A stretch of DNA of 27,319 nucleotides, from assembly GCA_015523565.1 (NCBI GenBank), contig WAKA01000015.1, positions 1-27,319 on the forward strand. Direction: 5' to 3'. Shown piece after piece: positions 24,843 through 27,319 of the stretch; position 1 is the stretch's first letter; every line of letters begins with the position of its first letter. A model generated the notes under the pieces. It worked only from the letters and a program-made list of their open reading frames with translations. It made no database searches and was not told where the DNA came from. The DNA is from Candidatus Heimdallarchaeota archaeon (lineage in GTDB: Archaea; Asgardarchaeota; Heimdallarchaeia; Heimdallarchaeales; Kariarchaeaceae). The position numbers were made by a program, and so were the translations under genes.

Positions 24843-25558
24843 AAATTATTGCACACAGGGGCGCTTCAGGTGATTACCCAGAAAATACTCTCTTGGCATT
24901 TGACAAGGCTTTTGAAACAGGTGCTGACATTGTAGAACTGGACGTGCAATTCACAAAGGACGGTTGTCTTGTCATATTCCATGACAGGGATGCCTTGAGA
25001 GTCGCAAATGAACCACGGGGCATGATTGAATTGTCATTGAAGGAAATAATGGACTTGGATGTAGGAAGCTGGAAGGGCTTTCAAAATATTCATATCCCTA
25101 CTCTCAAAGATGTCTTGGAAAGAAAATACAAATCTCTTATCATTGAATTGAAACCCCAGAACCACCCAATGGAAAACAACTTTGCCCTAGAGAAAAAAGT
25201 TCTCTCATTATTGGAACAGTATGGCACAGATCTGGGCGCGGGATACTTGTCTGTAAGAACCATTGAATCATATGATTTCCTTAAGGAACATTGTGATTAT
25301 CCAATAGGTCTAATGCAAAAGAAACGACCTCCTAAAGAATTTATCTCATTGGTGAATGATCATCAAGTGGAATTCTCCCAAATCAGATGGAAAACATTCA
25401 ATGATGCAGATTGGCAGTTGCTTAAGGATAGCGGCAGTAAAATCACTGCTTTTTTTGCAGATAATGAAGAAGAATGGAAATTTCTTATGAATATGGGAAT
25501 CTATGGTATCCTGACAAACTATCCCCAACGGCTCAAGAACTTTCTTTTGACTCTGTGA
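24839..25558 (+). CDS. Glycerophosphodiester phosphodiesterase (GDPD/UgpQ-like)
   Basis: IAHRGASG, PENTL, VELDV, VIFHD, IPTL, IELK and GILTNYP. Its start overlaps the upstream stop (ATGA). Confidence 0.93.
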   Translation: MKIIAHRGASGDYPENTLLAFDKAFETGADIVELDVQFTKDGCLVIFHDRDALRVANEPRGMIELSLKEIMDLDVGSWKGFQNIHIPTLKDVLERKYKSLIIELKPQNHPMENNFALEKKVLSLLEQYGTDLGAGYLSVRTIESYDFLKEHCDYPIGLMQKKRPPKEFISLVNDHQVEFSQIRWKTFNDADWQLLKDSGSKITAFFADNEEEWKFLMNMGIYGILTNYPQRLKNFLLTL

Positions 25559-27137
25559 CCCCACCTGTCTTTGACTCAATTGCCTGCTTTGATCCCTTTT
25601 CAATCAAAAATCTCCCGATTTCTTGTGTCAAGCCCGTATTCACAAAAAATTCACTGACCACAATAACTTTGCAATCTGGTTTCTCATAGATGTCTATTAT
25701 ATTGAATGAATTCCCCTTTGATGATGTTATGTTCTTTGATGCTATGGTTCCGCAATTTGAAAAAATGGTATCCCCAACCCTCCAACATCCCGATGTGTTT
25801 TTTGATCCTGTCAAGACAAGATTCACACCCATTCCTATCAAAAATGCCATTGTGTCTCCTGCATCTTGCAATTCTGCACTGTGACGGGTTCGAGGCAACG
25901 GTATCAATGTGTGATGGAATGCCACAACAGAATTTTTGTTGGTATGGGAAAGTTCCTCCCTTATCCTTCGTAAACTTGATCTCCCTAAACGCCCTTCACT
26001 TTCATCAAGTATGCAGGTGTTGATTCCCAGAACCTTTATGGTGGTATTCTCAAACATGGGGTTAGTCGTCCCAAATGTCTTCCTGAACATTTCATACCCC
26101 AACGGATAATAATCCCTCGGACCAGGAACAATCAGCATGTCATGCTTGATTTGATTCAAATAAACCTGCGCCATCTCAAATTCTTCCATGAAAGAGGAAT
26201 TTGTGACATCCCCGCAATGGATCACCAAGTCACAATTCATGAAATTCAGCATTGTCACTGCCTTTGCATAAGCCTTTGCATCAAATGTGTCATATGAAAA
26301 CTCTGTGTTGCCTATTTGGATAATGCGGGATGTCGGTACAGTCATCCCCTTTACACGATCTGGTGCCAAAGAAAGGTTTGTTTTTCCTGTATATCTTGTT
26401 ACCTGCCTAGGGGGTGTCTCATTGAGTTTCACTATTTTTACGACTGCTTCCTTCATCTGCCTGTCATAATCTATGACTGTGACTGAATATTCTTCCTTAT
26501 ACCTTGTCTTCTTGCATGACATTGTCCCGCAGTTGACAACCAATGTAGAATAATCACTGTCAGAAAGCAGATATACATTTGAAATATGCCGATGACCATT
26601 GATGACCATGTCCACATTGGTGTCCAAGATTGCCTTGATCACATCCCCTGCATCCGTGATTGCACTCCTTTCCCTTCCTGTATAACGAATGGGTAAGGTT
26701 TGATGGTGGAATGCCAAGATTTTCACCCATTCATCATCCAGTCCCTCAAACTCCTGATAAATTCGCTTGATGCCCCCCTCCCCAATCCTGCCTGTGTTCT
26801 TATCGGGTTCATTCGAATCCAATCCCAAAATCTTGACTTTCTTGTCCAAATCATTATGGAGAAAATACCTTGGTCCTATGAACTCTTCCCATAGAAGGTC
26901 TCCAACATTCTTTACATCATGATTCCCTGGAATATAAAGGACTGGCTTCTTGATCAAAGGAAGATACTTCTCTGTTGCCGATTTGTATTCATGAAGTGTT
27001 CCTTGATCTGTCAAGTCACCTGTGAACAGATAATAGTCTGCCTCCGTTGAATTGATGATGTCGACACCCTTGCGGAACATCTCCTCATTGAACTTGCCCC
27101 CGATATGCACATCTGAGAATACAACCAACCGCATCAT
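25533..27137 (-). CDS. Tandem calcineurin-like metallophosphoesterase (CpdA/Icc-like): domain 1 intact, domain 2 degenerate
   Basis: Domain 1 has SDVH, TGDLT, PGNHD, AFHH and GHRH. Domain 2 has GNTE, CGDVT, PGPRD, AFHH and GSKN. The 3' end overlaps the GDPD gene by 26 bp. Confidence 0.9.
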   Translation of the reverse strand: MMRLVVFSDVHIGGKFNEEMFRKGVDIINSTEADYYLFTGDLTDQGTLHEYKSATEKYLPLIKKPVLYIPGNHDVKNVGDLLWEEFIGPRYFLHNDLDKKVKILGLDSNEPDKNTGRIGEGGIKRIYQEFEGLDDEWVKILAFHHQTLPIRYTGRERSAITDAGDVIKAILDTNVDMVINGHRHISNVYLLSDSDYSTLVVNCGTMSCKKTRYKEEYSVTVIDYDRQMKEAVVKIVKLNETPPRQVTRYTGKTNLSLAPDRVKGMTVPTSRIIQIGNTEFSYDTFDAKAYAKAVTMLNFMNCDLVIHCGDVTNSSFMEEFEMAQVYLNQIKHDMLIVPGPRDYYPLGYEMFRKTFGTTNPMFENTTIKVLGINTCILDESEGRLGRSSLRRIREELSHTNKNSVVAFHHTLIPLPRTRHSAELQDAGDTMAFLIGMGVNLVLTGSKNTSGCWRVGDTIFSNCGTIASKNITSSKGNSFNIIDIYEKPDCKVIVVSEFFVNTGLTQEIGRFLIEKGSKQAIESKTGGVTESKESS

Positions 27138-27319
27138 TGTTACTAAAGCCCACTGTGATTTAATTATATTTCACCCAAAATATACTTTTGACAACAAATT
27201 ACACAAAAAATCACTGATTTGTCAACCCTCAACCTTTGTTTCCTTCATAGAATCATCTATCCTCACTGTCCATCTTTTCCAACACTCGTATTTTTATTTA
27301 AAATTATAGGAAATGATAT

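Noticed and set aside
27052-27319. 85-aa plus-strand ORF or short minus-strand frames at the window end
   Set aside because: The plus-strand ORF overlaps the start of the phosphoesterase antisense and lacks motifs. The minus-strand frames are short and interrupted by stops.
1-27319. Mobile element, prophage or known defence island
   Set aside because: No integrase, transposase, viral structural or recognisable defence genes were seen, and housekeeping genes are interspersed throughout. The remaining short ORFs in the track are shadows of the called genes.

Overview
A gene-dense, AT-rich archaeal chromosome segment. Archaeal TATA boxes, many TTG/GTG starts and an RNase HII ending in a PCNA-interacting PIP box point to Archaea. 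A Rab-like small-GTPase fold, a PCI-like winged helix and a Cwh43/PGAP2IP-like membrane phosphoesterase suggest an Asgard lineage, which is inference only. Housekeeping genes (cysS, ndk, rnhB, hbd, CcdA-like, AMMECR1, M20 peptidase) are mixed with uncharacterised proteins. I saw no rRNA, tRNA, CRISPR array, integrase or transposase. The most notable candidates are: (1) a strongly diverged RtcB-fold enzyme that keeps the metal ligands and nucleophile His but loses several conserved basic positions, is translationally coupled to a glycerophosphodiester phosphodiesterase, and is flanked by a tandem metallophosphoesterase and a membrane metallohydrolase; (2) a membrane protein fusing a gamma-glutamylcyclotransferase to two CDC48/VAT-N-like double-psi barrels; (3) a Rab-like pseudoGTPase; (4) a Cwh43-like lipid-remodelling candidate upstream of a C-terminally anchored surface protein; (5) an array of five ~23-bp ORB/iteron-like direct repeats. 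All family assignments come from motif recognition by eye. No database searches were run.
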